DNA of 64,000 bases from an uncultured Bacteroidales bacterium (GCA_937960415.1 CALGPK010000031.1:36119-100118), one strand, 5' to 3'; counted from the first letter of the stretch, positions 27,942 to 37,803 are shown. Numbers and translations are program-made. The notes: generated from the sequence alone by a model not told the origin.

Positions 27942-28214
27942 ATGAACTCAAGAATAACCATAGAACGATTATCACAAGATGCACTAAATGTGATGGGAGT
28001 TTTCGACTGGCCCATCTGGGAAAAAGAAGTTTCGGTATTTGATTGGTTTTACGATACCGATGAACAATGCTACTTTATTGAAGGCGAAGTGGAAATAGAA
28101 ACAAACGAAGGTATTGTAAAAATTAAAAAAGGCGATTTTGTAACATTTAAAAAAGGATTGACATGCAAATGGCATGTTAAATCGAAAGTTTCCAAGCACT
28201 ATCATTTTCTATAA
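27942..28214 (+). CDS. Small cupin domain protein (cupin_3 / DUF861-like)
   Basis: 90 aa. WPIWEKEVSVFDWFYDTDEQCYFIEGEVEIE...GDFVTFKKGLTCKWHV. TAACTTTG -7-like box at 27903-27910. Confidence 0.7.
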   Translation: MNSRITIERLSQDALNVMGVFDWPIWEKEVSVFDWFYDTDEQCYFIEGEVEIETNEGIVKIKKGDFVTFKKGLTCKWHVKSKVSKHYHFL

Positions 28215-28217
28215 ACT

Positions 28218-29474
28218 TCATTTTTCTGCATAAATCAAACTTCTGAATATATTTAATGCGTTTTTGGTGTTGTTTATATCATAATTTTTTTCTAATAAAC
28301 ATAACATTTGTTTTGCTGCTTCAAGAACATATAATTTTGTATAAGTTTGTTGGTGAGCATAATTTAAAAACTTAATAACCTGAAACATATTAAACCATCG
28401 AAAAAATCGCTTACGAAATGATCGAATATTTGAGGTATGATGATATATTTGATACAAGTGGTGTTTACATTCATCATAAGTAAGAAAAGTTCGAATTGTT
28501 TCGGGCAAATTATTCCACATCAAATCTAATTGCTGGTGTTCGTACCAATTTAAAACATTTTCAAACCAAATTTTTAAATCGACATAAGCTTGCGGGTGAT
28601 ATACTAACCATTTTTTAGTTTCGCTATTTAAAATTTTTTTTATGCTCATACCTGTTCCAAAAGGCACTCGTTCGGATACTCTTGGCGAAGGGTAAATACA
28701 CGTTGTAGTCAACTCATAGAACTTGTCTAGTGGTATCACCTTTTGCAAAAAATAAAAATCTTCGCCTGCTTGACGTTGACTCATTCCACCTTGCATAGCA
28801 TAAACATCAGCACGTACAGCCATAGCCGAACCGATGGTGTGATATGCAAAAGGGTGTCTTGTAAAACGCGAAGCCAATAAATGATAGTGCAGATATAACT
28901 CGTATTGAGCTATTGCATCGTAAATTTCGTTAGAAAAATCATGACCCTCCAATGGGTGTTCAAAACGAATAGTACAGGCTTTTGCATTTTTACGTTTAAA
29001 TAATTTTTCTATCTCTACTAAATAATTTTGTTCTACTATGCAATCTACATCCAAGCTACATATTATCCCCCTTTCTTGCCGTACTAGTAAAAATCTTCGA
29101 ACACACTCGTCCATACCAATTTTTCGTGCATAACCAACTCCTGCAACTTTCTGTGGAATGTTTAATTGCTTTATCAAATGAAATGTTAAATGATTGGTTT
29201 TATATTCATGCGAAAAATACCTAAACTCCTCTTCTATGTTACAATGTTTTTGAAATATTTCTTTGGTATCATTTTCTCTTCCATTCAAAACTACTATTAC
29301 TTCAACATCAGACTGCGGTTTTTGACAATTTGCTAATGAACGCAAAACGGGTAATATCGTATCTTCGTTGTAACAAGGTATTACAACACATAAAGCTAAT
29401 GCATCTGATGGCTTTAAATATATCTGTTGCTCAAGAATGTTATGTTTTTGCAAATACCTTTCAAGTATAGACAT
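28218..29474 (-). CDS. Glycosyltransferase family 2 protein (418 aa)
   Basis: LCVVIPCYNEDT N-terminal GT-A motif, SLDVDC DxD-like motif. Confidence 0.7.
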   Translation of the reverse strand: MSILERYLQKHNILEQQIYLKPSDALALCVVIPCYNEDTILPVLRSLANCQKPQSDVEVIVVLNGRENDTKEIFQKHCNIEEEFRYFSHEYKTNHLTFHLIKQLNIPQKVAGVGYARKIGMDECVRRFLLVRQERGIICSLDVDCIVEQNYLVEIEKLFKRKNAKACTIRFEHPLEGHDFSNEIYDAIAQYELYLHYHLLASRFTRHPFAYHTIGSAMAVRADVYAMQGGMSQRQAGEDFYFLQKVIPLDKFYELTTTCIYPSPRVSERVPFGTGMSIKKILNSETKKWLVYHPQAYVDLKIWFENVLNWYEHQQLDLMWNNLPETIRTFLTYDECKHHLYQIYHHTSNIRSFRKRFFRWFNMFQVIKFLNYAHQQTYTKLYVLEAAKQMLCLLEKNYDINNTKNALNIFRSLIYAEK

Positions 29475-29477
29475 GCA

Positions 29478-30095
29478 TTATTTTTTCGACTTTATGGCTT
29501 CGTAACGTTTGTTCAATAAGTATATCAACGTATCGGTTATATCCAGACCATTATTTCCGTACAACAAAGCTGCTTTATTGAAAATAAAGTCGTAGGTTTC
29601 GTTGGCGTTGTACTCTTTTAAAAAGTTCATTACCGTATCGAGTAATTGTTTTTCTAAATCTTGTGTTTCTTTGGCAAGTTGCATTGACAAATCTTCACGA
29701 AGCTTATACAATTCTTGTTCTTTCATCATCAAATCTTGCTGCTGACGACGAGCACTTTCTTCGCTTAAAAAGCTATTCATTTGCACTTTTTTCTGAAAAT
29801 CTTGCACATCTTTTTCAAATGCCGCCATCTTTCTATTCAAATCATTTTCCATTCGTTTTTGCTTATCTAAAAGTTTACTTTCCAAGTCCTGATAAAATTT
29901 ATAATTTTTTAGCAATGAGTCTACATTTACAAAAGCTATCTTATGCCCACTCAGAACAATGCTTGTATCGGACTTTCTGTTGACATTTGTTGATGATTGA
30001 GACGGTCTATTTAAAACAAGAACAAATAAAATTACAATAGACACAGCCATTACAGCTATTAAAATTTGATACAGTCGTTGCATATTTTTTTTCAC
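29478..30095 (-). CDS. OmpH/Skp-like protein with N-terminal membrane anchor
   Basis: IAFVNVDSLLKNYKFYQDLESKL followed by a K/E/Q-rich coiled region. Hydrophobic N-terminal segment ILIAVMAVSIVILFVLVL. Confidence 0.65.
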   Translation of the reverse strand: MKKNMQRLYQILIAVMAVSIVILFVLVLNRPSQSSTNVNRKSDTSIVLSGHKIAFVNVDSLLKNYKFYQDLESKLLDKQKRMENDLNRKMAAFEKDVQDFQKKVQMNSFLSEESARRQQQDLMMKEQELYKLREDLSMQLAKETQDLEKQLLDTVMNFLKEYNANETYDFIFNKAALLYGNNGLDITDTLIYLLNKRYEAIKSKK

Positions 30096-30140
30096 AAAAT
30101 TAGTTTAATTTTGAATAAAGAAAAAAATAAATGATAATCG

Positions 30141-31538
30141 ATGCATAACAACCGAAAAGCTATATTTTGCGGAAAATTTTATGATGCAGACCCTAAAATT
30201 TTGCAGCATACTTTAGACAAATACTTTAAACTAGCCAAACCACCAAGTATATCGAATTCGTTGGCAATTATATCGCCACATGCAGGATATGTTTTTAGCG
30301 GACAAACTGCAGCTTCGGCATTTAATCAAATCGATAACGATAAAACCTACAAAAATATTTTTGTTATTGCTCCCAGTCATCATTTTTATGGGAATGGAAT
30401 TGCATTGTTTAACGAAGGAAATTACGAAACTCCTTTGGGCGAACTTTCTGTAAATTTTGAACTTCAAGCAAACTTCTTGCAAAAATATCCTGAATTGTTT
30501 TACGAACACAACGAAGCACACTATAAAGAACATTCACTCGAAGTACAATTGCCCTTTATACAACACAAAATAAAACATTACGAACACATTGTACCGCTAA
30601 TAATTACAACGCACAATACGGATAAGCTAAGAAATATAGCTCAAGTTTTACAGCCATATTTCAACGAACAAAATTTATTTGTTATAAGTACCGATTGGTC
30701 GCACTATCCCTGTCACAAAGATGCAGTAATAGTTGATAAAGAAACTATTAATGCAGTTATAACTAAAAACTTAGATAATCTTATATCGCTTCTTGACGTT
30801 ACCGATGATATCGACAACCTTCATACTCGTATGTGTGGCAGTAATGCAGTGATATTACTTATGCTTTTAGCTCAATCGAACGAATATCAATTCCATTTTA
30901 TTGAATATTCAAACAGTTCGTACAGTACTTATGGCGAAACCGATAAGGTTGTTGGCTATGCAGCTATTGCAGTAAACCTAATAAGCGAACCAATACTTTA
31001 TTTAAACAATGACGAACAAAATGAACTGCTTAAAATTGCACGTTCAACGCTCGAAAGTTATCTAATTAACGGCAATATTCCATCATTTAAAACTGAATTT
31101 GAAAAGCTGAAAAAAAGTTATGGAGCATTTGTTTCGCTTTATTACAACGATCAGTTGCGAGGCTGCCTGGGTAAATTTACAAGCAACAAACCTCTTTATC
31201 AAACTGTTCAGGAGTTGACCATTGCTGCGGCAACCCGCGACAATAGATTCGAACCTATAAAGGTACAGGAACTTAGCGAAATAAAAATTGAAATTTCGGT
31301 ACTTTCCGAACTAAAAAAAATTTCTAACATAAGCGAAATCATTCCCGGCAAACATGGAATATACATAACTAAAGGCTATCACAGTGGCACTTTTCTACCT
31401 CAAGTTGCTATTAAAACAGGATGGAGTGTTGAAGAGATGCTCGGATACTGCGCTCGTGATAAAGCCGGTATTGGCTGGAATGGATGGAAAGATGCTGAAA
31501 TTTTTATTTACGAGGCTTTGATTATCAAAGAGGCTTAA
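30141..31538 (+). CDS. Fusion protein: Memo-like (AmmeMemoRadiSam system protein B) N-terminal half plus AMMECR1 (system protein A) C-terminal half
   Basis: ISPHAGYVFSGQTAASAF and a WSHYP-containing Memo fold, then GAFVSLYYNDQLRGCLGKF...GTFLPQVA AMMECR1 motifs in one 465-aa ORF. Confidence 0.8.
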   Translation: MHNNRKAIFCGKFYDADPKILQHTLDKYFKLAKPPSISNSLAIISPHAGYVFSGQTAASAFNQIDNDKTYKNIFVIAPSHHFYGNGIALFNEGNYETPLGELSVNFELQANFLQKYPELFYEHNEAHYKEHSLEVQLPFIQHKIKHYEHIVPLIITTHNTDKLRNIAQVLQPYFNEQNLFVISTDWSHYPCHKDAVIVDKETINAVITKNLDNLISLLDVTDDIDNLHTRMCGSNAVILLMLLAQSNEYQFHFIEYSNSSYSTYGETDKVVGYAAIAVNLISEPILYLNNDEQNELLKIARSTLESYLINGNIPSFKTEFEKLKKSYGAFVSLYYNDQLRGCLGKFTSNKPLYQTVQELTIAAATRDNRFEPIKVQELSEIKIEISVLSELKKISNISEIIPGKHGIYITKGYHSGTFLPQVAIKTGWSVEEMLGYCARDKAGIGWNGWKDAEIFIYEALIIKEA

Positions 31539-31540
31539 CT

Positions 31541-31939
31541 TTAAATATACATATCAAGCGTTTGACTTTGCAAATATGCTTTAAAATTTTTGGTCATTTG
31601 CATAGTTACATTGTTCATAATACAACGTTCGAAATTGCAAATAGGTTTATCGAGCGGACACGAAGTAATTTCAAGCGTACCTTCTATGGCTTCGTACAAT
31701 TCTAAAAAAGTTATTTCTTCGGGTTTTTTTCGCAGAATAAAACCGCCGGTTGGTCCACGATGCGAATAAAGATAACCCGCTTTTACCAATCGCTGAAAAA
31801 TCTTAGCCACATGATGCTTTGATGTACCTGTCATTTCAGCAATTTCCTGCACATTCACCATATGCTTGCTTCGAGCTATGATAATCATTCCATGCAATGC
31901 TATAGAGGCCGCTTCGGTTAATGTTACTACTTTCCCCAT
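31541..31939 (-). CDS. Rrf2 family transcriptional regulator with a three-Cys cluster
   Basis: Winged-HTH VQEIAEMTGTSKHHVAKIFQRLVKAGYLYSHRGPTGGFIL. Cys cluster CPLDKPICNFERC. Confidence 0.85.
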   Translation of the reverse strand: MGKVVTLTEAASIALHGMIIIARSKHMVNVQEIAEMTGTSKHHVAKIFQRLVKAGYLYSHRGPTGGFILRKKPEEITFLELYEAIEGTLEITSCPLDKPICNFERCIMNNVTMQMTKNFKAYLQSQTLDMYI

Positions 31940-31951
31940 AAAATATTTTTA

Positions 31952-31963
31952 GTAATTGATTAC
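31952..31963. promoter_or_regulatory. Candidate operator: inverted repeat GTAAT-TG-ATTAC in the Rrf2/mntP divergent region
   Basis: The palindrome is read directly from the sequence and lies 13 nt from the Rrf2 start codon. It is short and AT-rich, so chance occurrence is possible. Confidence 0.25.
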
Positions 31964-32006
31964 GCAAATGTACAAAAGTTTTTTAATTAAATCATTATTT
32001 TTGCAC

Positions 32007-32564
32007 ATGGATTTTTTAATTGTTTTATTTGTTGCCATTAGTCTCAGCATCGATACTTTTGCCATTTCGGTTGCCAGTGGACTTTCGTATCAGCAAATTA
32101 CCTTCATTGAAGCATGCAAAATAGCCATTATCTTAGCTTTTTTTCAAACCATGATGCCTATTGCCGGATGGGCATTTGGCGAACAGATAAAATCCTATAT
32201 CGAACATATTGATCACTGGATAGCCTTTGGATTATTGCTATTTCTAGGACTAAAAATGATACGCGAATCATTTAAAGTTCAAGAACAAAAAACGTTCAAT
32301 CCGTTACATCCATTCACTATGTTGACTATGGCTATTGCTACTAGTGTAGATGCGCTAGCAGTAGGCTTCACCTTTTCTATTATCTATATTCCCATCATTA
32401 TCTCGGCTGCTATCATTGGTATTGTTACCTTTCTGGCTTCGATGCTCGGCATTCTTGTAGGTAAAAAAATCGTCCTTAAAAACACTGTTTGGATAGACAT
32501 ATTGGGTGGTATAATTCTGATAGCTTTAGGAAGTAAAATTTTACTTGAACATTTGAATATTTAA
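32007..32564 (+). CDS. mntP: Manganese efflux pump MntP family protein
   Basis: ATG 32007 (MDFLIVLFVAISLSIDTFAISV). Second half-repeat MAIATSVDALAVGF. Six predicted TM segments. Confidence 0.8.
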   Translation: MDFLIVLFVAISLSIDTFAISVASGLSYQQITFIEACKIAIILAFFQTMMPIAGWAFGEQIKSYIEHIDHWIAFGLLLFLGLKMIRESFKVQEQKTFNPLHPFTMLTMAIATSVDALAVGFTFSIIYIPIIISAAIIGIVTFLASMLGILVGKKIVLKNTVWIDILGGIILIALGSKILLEHLNI

Positions 32565-32575
32565 ATTAAGGAAAG

Positions 32576-33058
32576 ATGATGCGAAAAATTAAAAATCCTT
32601 TTCTGCAATTAAAAAACTATCATTGTTTTGGTTGTAGTCCTAACAATCCAATAGGCTTAAAACTCAATTTTACGTTAGACGACAATACAGTTATTGCCAC
32701 ATGGCAACCTTCGCACAACTATGAAGGCTGGCAAAATATTCTACACGGAGGTATACAGGCTACCCTAATGGACGAAATAGCTAGTTGGGTTGTTTTTTCG
32801 GTTTTAAAAACAGCCGGATTTACTGTAAAGATGAATATTTCGCTTTATAAAAATGTTTTGATAACAGACGGCACCATTACCTTAAAAGCGAAGTTAAAAT
32901 CGCAGAAATTAAGAGTAGCCGACATAGAAGTTCAACTGTTTAACAGAAAGAATGAATTGTGTTCCGAAGGCAATTTTGTTTACTACATTTATCCTAAAAA
33001 TATTGCTATAGAACGTTTCCACATACCCAAAAACGACGAAGAATTGTTCGAAATTTAG
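32576..33058 (+). CDS. PaaI-type hotdog-fold thioesterase
   Basis: 160 aa. CFGCSPNNPIGLKLNF, ILHGGIQATLMDE. Confidence 0.7.
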   Translation: MMRKIKNPFLQLKNYHCFGCSPNNPIGLKLNFTLDDNTVIATWQPSHNYEGWQNILHGGIQATLMDEIASWVVFSVLKTAGFTVKMNISLYKNVLITDGTITLKAKLKSQKLRVADIEVQLFNRKNELCSEGNFVYYIYPKNIAIERFHIPKNDEELFEI

Positions 33059-33060
33059 AA

Positions 33061-33981
33061 TTAATCTTTATACTGCACACCTATAATCATACCTATTACT
33101 GCCGGAATAGCAATATTGATAAGCCACAAAGCAGAAAAAGAAGCAATAATAGTTTCTTCGTAAACAACCATGTTTTCGAAAAGCATTAGCCCAACTTGAT
33201 TGCGTACAAACAACTCGGTGAAAGAAGTAGTGGGTATTATTGTTGTTAATAAAAAACTTACCGAAGCATTTAAGCAAAAATTATAAAAATTTAAGGTTGT
33301 ACCAAAAAAAACAAATAACAAATAAAGCTGAACAATAAAAACAACATACCTAACAAGCGAATAAAATATCAAAAGCTTCAGGTCGTAAAAACGATAGTTT
33401 TTTAAAAAAGTGAAAAAAATGGCAAATTTATCAGGTAAAAAATGTAACCATTTCCGAAACAACACAGGAAAAAATAAATAGAATAATATGCTTACTAACA
33501 ATAAAATACTTGAAATAAGAAGATATTTTTCCATCAAATTTTTTTGAAAAAGCAACATACCCAATAGTCCAAAAATCAGCGTTATCAATAATTGCGATAC
33601 ACTGGCTAACATAGAAGCCAGCACACCTTTTAACCTATTTTTTTTTTCGAGTACTAGTATTTTGCCTACAAATTCTCCAGTTCTATTAGGCATAATAAGC
33701 GAAACACTAATGCCCATCATTACACCTTTAAAAGCGTTCCAAATGGTAATTAATTGTAAATATTTCGTTACCAACTTCCACTTAATTGCTTCAATTGTCC
33801 AGTTTACAAACATTAACAATAAAACCAATGCAACGAACCAATAATGCTTAACATTAAATAATACCGATAAATCAAAGTGCTTTTTTATATGAATAAAACG
33901 ATGCATCAGTGCCAATATCGATGCTACAAGAATAATCCATATCAATACCTTTAAACCGTATTTTTTAAGAAAGTTCATCAA
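33061..33981 (-). CDS. Flippase-like (lysyl-PG synthase TM region / UPF0104) integral membrane protein
   Basis: 306 aa with about 8 TM helices. IEAIKWKL and MPNRTGEFVGK motifs are typical of UPF0104. Confidence 0.6.
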   Translation of the reverse strand: MMNFLKKYGLKVLIWIILVASILALMHRFIHIKKHFDLSVLFNVKHYWFVALVLLLMFVNWTIEAIKWKLVTKYLQLITIWNAFKGVMMGISVSLIMPNRTGEFVGKILVLEKKNRLKGVLASMLASVSQLLITLIFGLLGMLLFQKNLMEKYLLISSILLLVSILFYLFFPVLFRKWLHFLPDKFAIFFTFLKNYRFYDLKLLIFYSLVRYVVFIVQLYLLFVFFGTTLNFYNFCLNASVSFLLTTIIPTTSFTELFVRNQVGLMLFENMVVYEETIIASFSALWLINIAIPAVIGMIIGVQYKD

Positions 33982-34709
33982 TGCATCAGGTATAACTTTC
34001 CCGTACCATTTTTTTCCTGATAAACAGTATCGGGATTCCCGTACAAATAAATGTTTCCCGATTTAAAAATATATGCACCTGCTTCGTGTTGTGCATAAAC
34101 ATAACAATCGCCAGTACTTTTATTGGTCACATAATTGTATTGGGCAATTAGATTTCTGGCGTGTAAATATCCCATACCCGAAATCCACAAAAAACTAATA
34201 CCTGTTTGTCCGGAAATATAGGTATCGCCAGTACCTGCATTTTGAGAATAGGCAAACCATCGACAACGCACTCTGGCATCTATTTTTGAAATATCAGCCC
34301 AATTACTTATTTTGAAAGAATCGCTTACCAGGGTATCAACAAAAAAATAGTCGCCACTACCTACAATAATCAAAGCAGTTAATGTTGGTGAATAAATATG
34401 AATAGATATTCGTTCATATTTTCGCAACCAATTACACTTGTTTTGATTTTCAATAATTAAATACTCCCTGGCATTACGTGTTTCAATATACGGAAGCAAA
34501 TTTTTTCCGCAAACAACTTTTACCTTATAAATCGTATCGAAATGCCAATACACATCAAACAAACTATTTACTTTAACATGAGTAAATGGTTCCAAATAAC
34601 GCACTTCACTATGTATAGAACCTGCTGAATGGAAGCATTTAGAAGGCTTTTGGCAAGAAAATAACAGCAACATCAAATAAAAAAAACAAGTGAGTGTTGA
34701 TATTTTCAT
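33978..34709 (-). CDS. DUF2807 / head-GIN domain lipoprotein
   Basis: Start set at ATG 34709 (MKISTLTCFFYLMLLLFSCQ, lipobox). The longer ORF would overlap mltG. Repetitive beta-helix-like GxGD... pattern. Confidence 0.6.
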   Translation of the reverse strand: MKISTLTCFFYLMLLLFSCQKPSKCFHSAGSIHSEVRYLEPFTHVKVNSLFDVYWHFDTIYKVKVVCGKNLLPYIETRNAREYLIIENQNKCNWLRKYERISIHIYSPTLTALIIVGSGDYFFVDTLVSDSFKISNWADISKIDARVRCRWFAYSQNAGTGDTYISGQTGISFLWISGMGYLHARNLIAQYNYVTNKSTGDCYVYAQHEAGAYIFKSGNIYLYGNPDTVYQEKNGTGKLYLMH

Positions 34710-34770
34710 GTAGTTAGTCATATATATTAAGACAAATAAAGCATAATTTTGTTTCCTAAAATAAAAGCGT

Positions 34771-35829
34771 GTGCCTAAGGCAAAGAAACATAAAAAAAGA
34801 CTATTTTCAAAAGTAATCGTTATACTTTTTATTCTTTTTGTGCTGGTACTGGCATATACTTCATACACTTATTACAACAAGATATTTAAACCGAATATTA
34901 ACATTAATATAAACGACGAATACATATATATACCAACAGGCTCTACATTCGACGATGTTATTGAAATTCTTAAAAAAGAAGAATTGCTTATAGACTTAGC
35001 CTCTTTTGAATGGTTAGCCGAAATAAAAAATTACAAGAATAACATTAAACCCGGTCGTTATCGCATCAAAAAAAACATGAACAACAACGAACTTATCAAT
35101 CTTTTGCGAAGCGGCAAACAAGAACCTGTTAAAGTTGTTATTCGTGGTTTTCGCAATCTCGAATATTTAGCTGGAAGTGTTGCTCGCAAAATAGAAGCCG
35201 ATTCGGCTACCCTGGCCTCTATATTAAGCGACGAAATGGTAGCAAGAAAATATGGCTTTAATGCCAACACATTTATTACCATGATTATACCCAATACATA
35301 CGAATTTTACTGGAACACCTCGGCCGAACAATTTATCGACCGCATGAGCAAAGAATATAAATCATTTTGGACCGACGACAGAAAAACAAAAGCCAACGAA
35401 ATAGGATTGAGTCAATCGCAAATTGCTATACTAGCATCAATTATCCAATGCGAAACCAATAAAACAGACGAAATGCCTACTATTGCAGGAGTATATATTA
35501 ACCGGCTCAAAAAAGGCATGCTTCTACAAGCCGACCCTACTGTAATTTATGCCATCGGCGACTTTTCTATACAACGAGTAACCAAAAAACATCTTGAGTT
35601 TGATTCGCCCTACAATACGTATATTTACGCAGGTCTTCCACCCGGGCCTATTTGTATTCCCTACCCTCATACTATCGATGCTGTTTTAAATTACAAAAAG
35701 CATAATTTTTTGTATTTTTGTGCCAAAGATGATTTCTCGGGTTATCATGTTTTTGCAAAAACTCACGAAGAGCACCTTATCAATGCTCGAAAATATCAAC
35801 AAGCTTTGAATAAGTTAAATATTAAATAG
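34771..35829 (+). CDS. mltG: Endolytic murein transglycosylase MltG (YceG-like)
   Basis: GTG start, N-terminal TM anchor. ILASIIQCETNKTDEMPTIAGVYINRL, YNTYIYAGLPPGPICIP. Confidence 0.85.
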   Translation: MPKAKKHKKRLFSKVIVILFILFVLVLAYTSYTYYNKIFKPNINININDEYIYIPTGSTFDDVIEILKKEELLIDLASFEWLAEIKNYKNNIKPGRYRIKKNMNNNELINLLRSGKQEPVKVVIRGFRNLEYLAGSVARKIEADSATLASILSDEMVARKYGFNANTFITMIIPNTYEFYWNTSAEQFIDRMSKEYKSFWTDDRKTKANEIGLSQSQIAILASIIQCETNKTDEMPTIAGVYINRLKKGMLLQADPTVIYAIGDFSIQRVTKKHLEFDSPYNTYIYAGLPPGPICIPYPHTIDAVLNYKKHNFLYFCAKDDFSGYHVFAKTHEEHLINARKYQQALNKLNIK

Positions 35830-35836
35830 AAATAAT

Positions 35837-37255
35837 ATGACACGTATTAAATTCGGAACAGATGGATGGAGAGCTATCATTGCTAAAGAATTTACAGTTG
35901 ATAATGTTATCAGAGTTACATTAGGCTTTGTCCGCTGGCTAAAAAGCAGATATCAACACCCCAGTGTAGTAGTAGCTTACGACTTCAGATTTAATGGAAA
36001 ATTATTTGCCGAAACTGTTACCAAAGTGTTGGCAAATAACCAAGTTAAAGTTTTTTACTGCCCAATACCTACTTCTACACCGGCACTATCGCTTGCTATA
36101 ACTAAGTTTAATGCTAATGCAGGTGTTATGATTACTGCCAGCCACAACCCGCCCGAATATAACGGATATAAACTCAAAGGACGCCATGGCGGACCGTTAT
36201 TAGAAGAAGATACGAAAGAAATTGAAAATTTAATCCCCGACGAACACGAACTTATCATTGATTCTATAAAATGGAGTGACCTGGTAAAAAAAGAGAAAAT
36301 TATTGAAATCAACCTCGAAGATGTGTATATCGAACATGTTCATGCTCATTTCGATATTGAACGCATAAAAAAATCGGGGTATCGTTTTGCATTCGATGCT
36401 ATGTACGGTTCCGGTCAAAATATTATGCGGCGTTTGTTCCCCGAAATACCCCTCTTGCATTGCGAATCAAATCCTTCATTTAAAGGAATACCGCCCGAGC
36501 CTTTGCACAAAAACCTTCAAGAATTTTCCGAATTCATTAAAAACAATGGTAACATAGACGTAGGTTTAGCTGTTGATGGTGATGCCGATCGCATAGCACT
36601 TTACGATTCTAAGGGAAACTATATTGATTCTCATCATATTATATTATTGCTCATCTATTATTTGGCTCATTACAAAAAACTCAGTGGCAAAGTGGTTACT
36701 GGATTTTCGAGTACAGTAAAAGTAGAAAAATTGTGCGAACATTATCATTTACCTGTTCAACGAGTTCGAATTGGTTTTAAAGATATTTCTAAAGTAATGT
36801 TATCAGAAGATGTTTTAGTTGGTGGCGAAGAATCGGGCGGCATCACTATCAAAGGTCACATCCCCGAACGCGATGGCATCTGGATGGGACTCACCATCTG
36901 GAATGCCATGACCGAATGTGGAAAATCTCTTGAACAACTCATTGACGAGATATACCAAATAACCGGCAAATTTTATTATTTGCGTTTCGATCTCAAAGTA
37001 GATGATACATTTAAAAAAACGGTAATCAATGCTTGCAAAAACGAACAGTTTATTCGCTTTGATGGCAAAGCAGTGGTTCGTACCGACACGCTTGATGGAT
37101 ACAAATACTTTCTTAACGAACAGGAATGGGTTATGATTCGCGCATCAGGAACCGAACCACTTATACGTATTTATGCAGAAGCAGGTCAACCCGATCAAGT
37201 AGATAAATATATTCAATCGACATTAGAACAAATTCAAAATTTGAAAAATAAGTAA
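35837..37255 (+). CDS. Phosphoglucomutase/phosphomannomutase family protein
   Basis: FGTDGWRA, active-site loop TASHNPPEYNGYK, metal loop AVDGDADR, GGEESGG. Confidence 0.85.
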   Translation: MTRIKFGTDGWRAIIAKEFTVDNVIRVTLGFVRWLKSRYQHPSVVVAYDFRFNGKLFAETVTKVLANNQVKVFYCPIPTSTPALSLAITKFNANAGVMITASHNPPEYNGYKLKGRHGGPLLEEDTKEIENLIPDEHELIIDSIKWSDLVKKEKIIEINLEDVYIEHVHAHFDIERIKKSGYRFAFDAMYGSGQNIMRRLFPEIPLLHCESNPSFKGIPPEPLHKNLQEFSEFIKNNGNIDVGLAVDGDADRIALYDSKGNYIDSHHIILLLIYYLAHYKKLSGKVVTGFSSTVKVEKLCEHYHLPVQRVRIGFKDISKVMLSEDVLVGGEESGGITIKGHIPERDGIWMGLTIWNAMTECGKSLEQLIDEIYQITGKFYYLRFDLKVDDTFKKTVINACKNEQFIRFDGKAVVRTDTLDGYKYFLNEQEWVMIRASGTEPLIRIYAEAGQPDQVDKYIQSTLEQIQNLKNK

Positions 37256-37282
37256 AAAAACATTATTTTTGTAAAGTTTTTT

Positions 37283-37369
37283 GGAGAGATGGCAGAGTGG
37301 TCGAATGCGGCGGTCTTGAAAACCGTTGTACCCGCGAGGGTACCGGGGGTTCGAATCCCTCTCTCTCCG
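37283..37369 (+). tRNA. tRNA-Ser (anticodon UGA), class II
   Basis: Acceptor GGAGAGA/TCTCTCC, anticodon loop CTTGAAA, long variable arm, T-loop TTCGAAT. A T-run follows. Confidence 0.9.
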
Positions 37370-37379
37370 CTTTTTTTTA

Positions 37380-37685
37380 TTACTTAGATGTTAAAGACAC
37401 AAATTTTTTATAATCGCTCATTGCTTCTTTTTCCATATTGAGCGAATACTTTACTAATGCACGATTTTTATAAGCTAACGCATGCGAAGAATCTATCTGT
37501 ATCAATTTATCTAAAACCTCTAAAGCTTTATCGAACATGGATAAATCCATGTAAGCGATAGACAAATAAAATAATGCTCTGGTATGGTTAGGATCTGATT
37601 CCAGAATTTTTTTAAAACACTCTATTGCTTTGTTCAAATTCCCCTTTAAGTATTGTCGGGAGCCTTCTTCAAGCAATTTTTCCAA
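37380..37685 (-). CDS. Small TPR repeat protein (101 aa)
   Basis: Three TPR-like units (YLKGNLNKAIECFKKILESDPNH, ALFYLSIAYMDLSMFDKALEVLDKLIQIDSSH, LAYKNRALV). Confidence 0.6.
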   Translation of the reverse strand: MEKLLEEGSRQYLKGNLNKAIECFKKILESDPNHTRALFYLSIAYMDLSMFDKALEVLDKLIQIDSSHALAYKNRALVKYSLNMEKEAMSDYKKFVSLTSK

Positions 37686-37803
37686 TGGATATTATTTTTA
37701 TATTAATTAAAGTTACTACAAAGAAACAGTTAAATGCTAAAAAAAATGACGAATCGATTATAACAATATACAGAATACCAATATTACTTTATAGTTATTA
37801 ATA

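Noticed and set aside
29478-30095. A third OmpH/Skp-like gene far from bamA, considered as a possible novel chaperone system.
   Set aside because: My impression is that multiple dispersed OmpH paralogs are common in Bacteroidota. The only difference seen is an uncleaved-looking N-terminal anchor, which is weak evidence by eye.
31940-32006. I looked for a yybP-ykoY manganese riboswitch upstream of mntP.
   Set aside because: Only 67 nt are available and they are shared with the divergent Rrf2 promoter. That is too short for the riboswitch, and no conserved elements are visible.
33978-34868. The long form of the DUF2807 ORF (296 aa), which overlaps the mltG start by ~100 nt.
   Set aside because: The internal ATG at 34709 yields a canonical lipoprotein signal peptide and removes the overlap. 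The upstream extension has no signal-peptide character.
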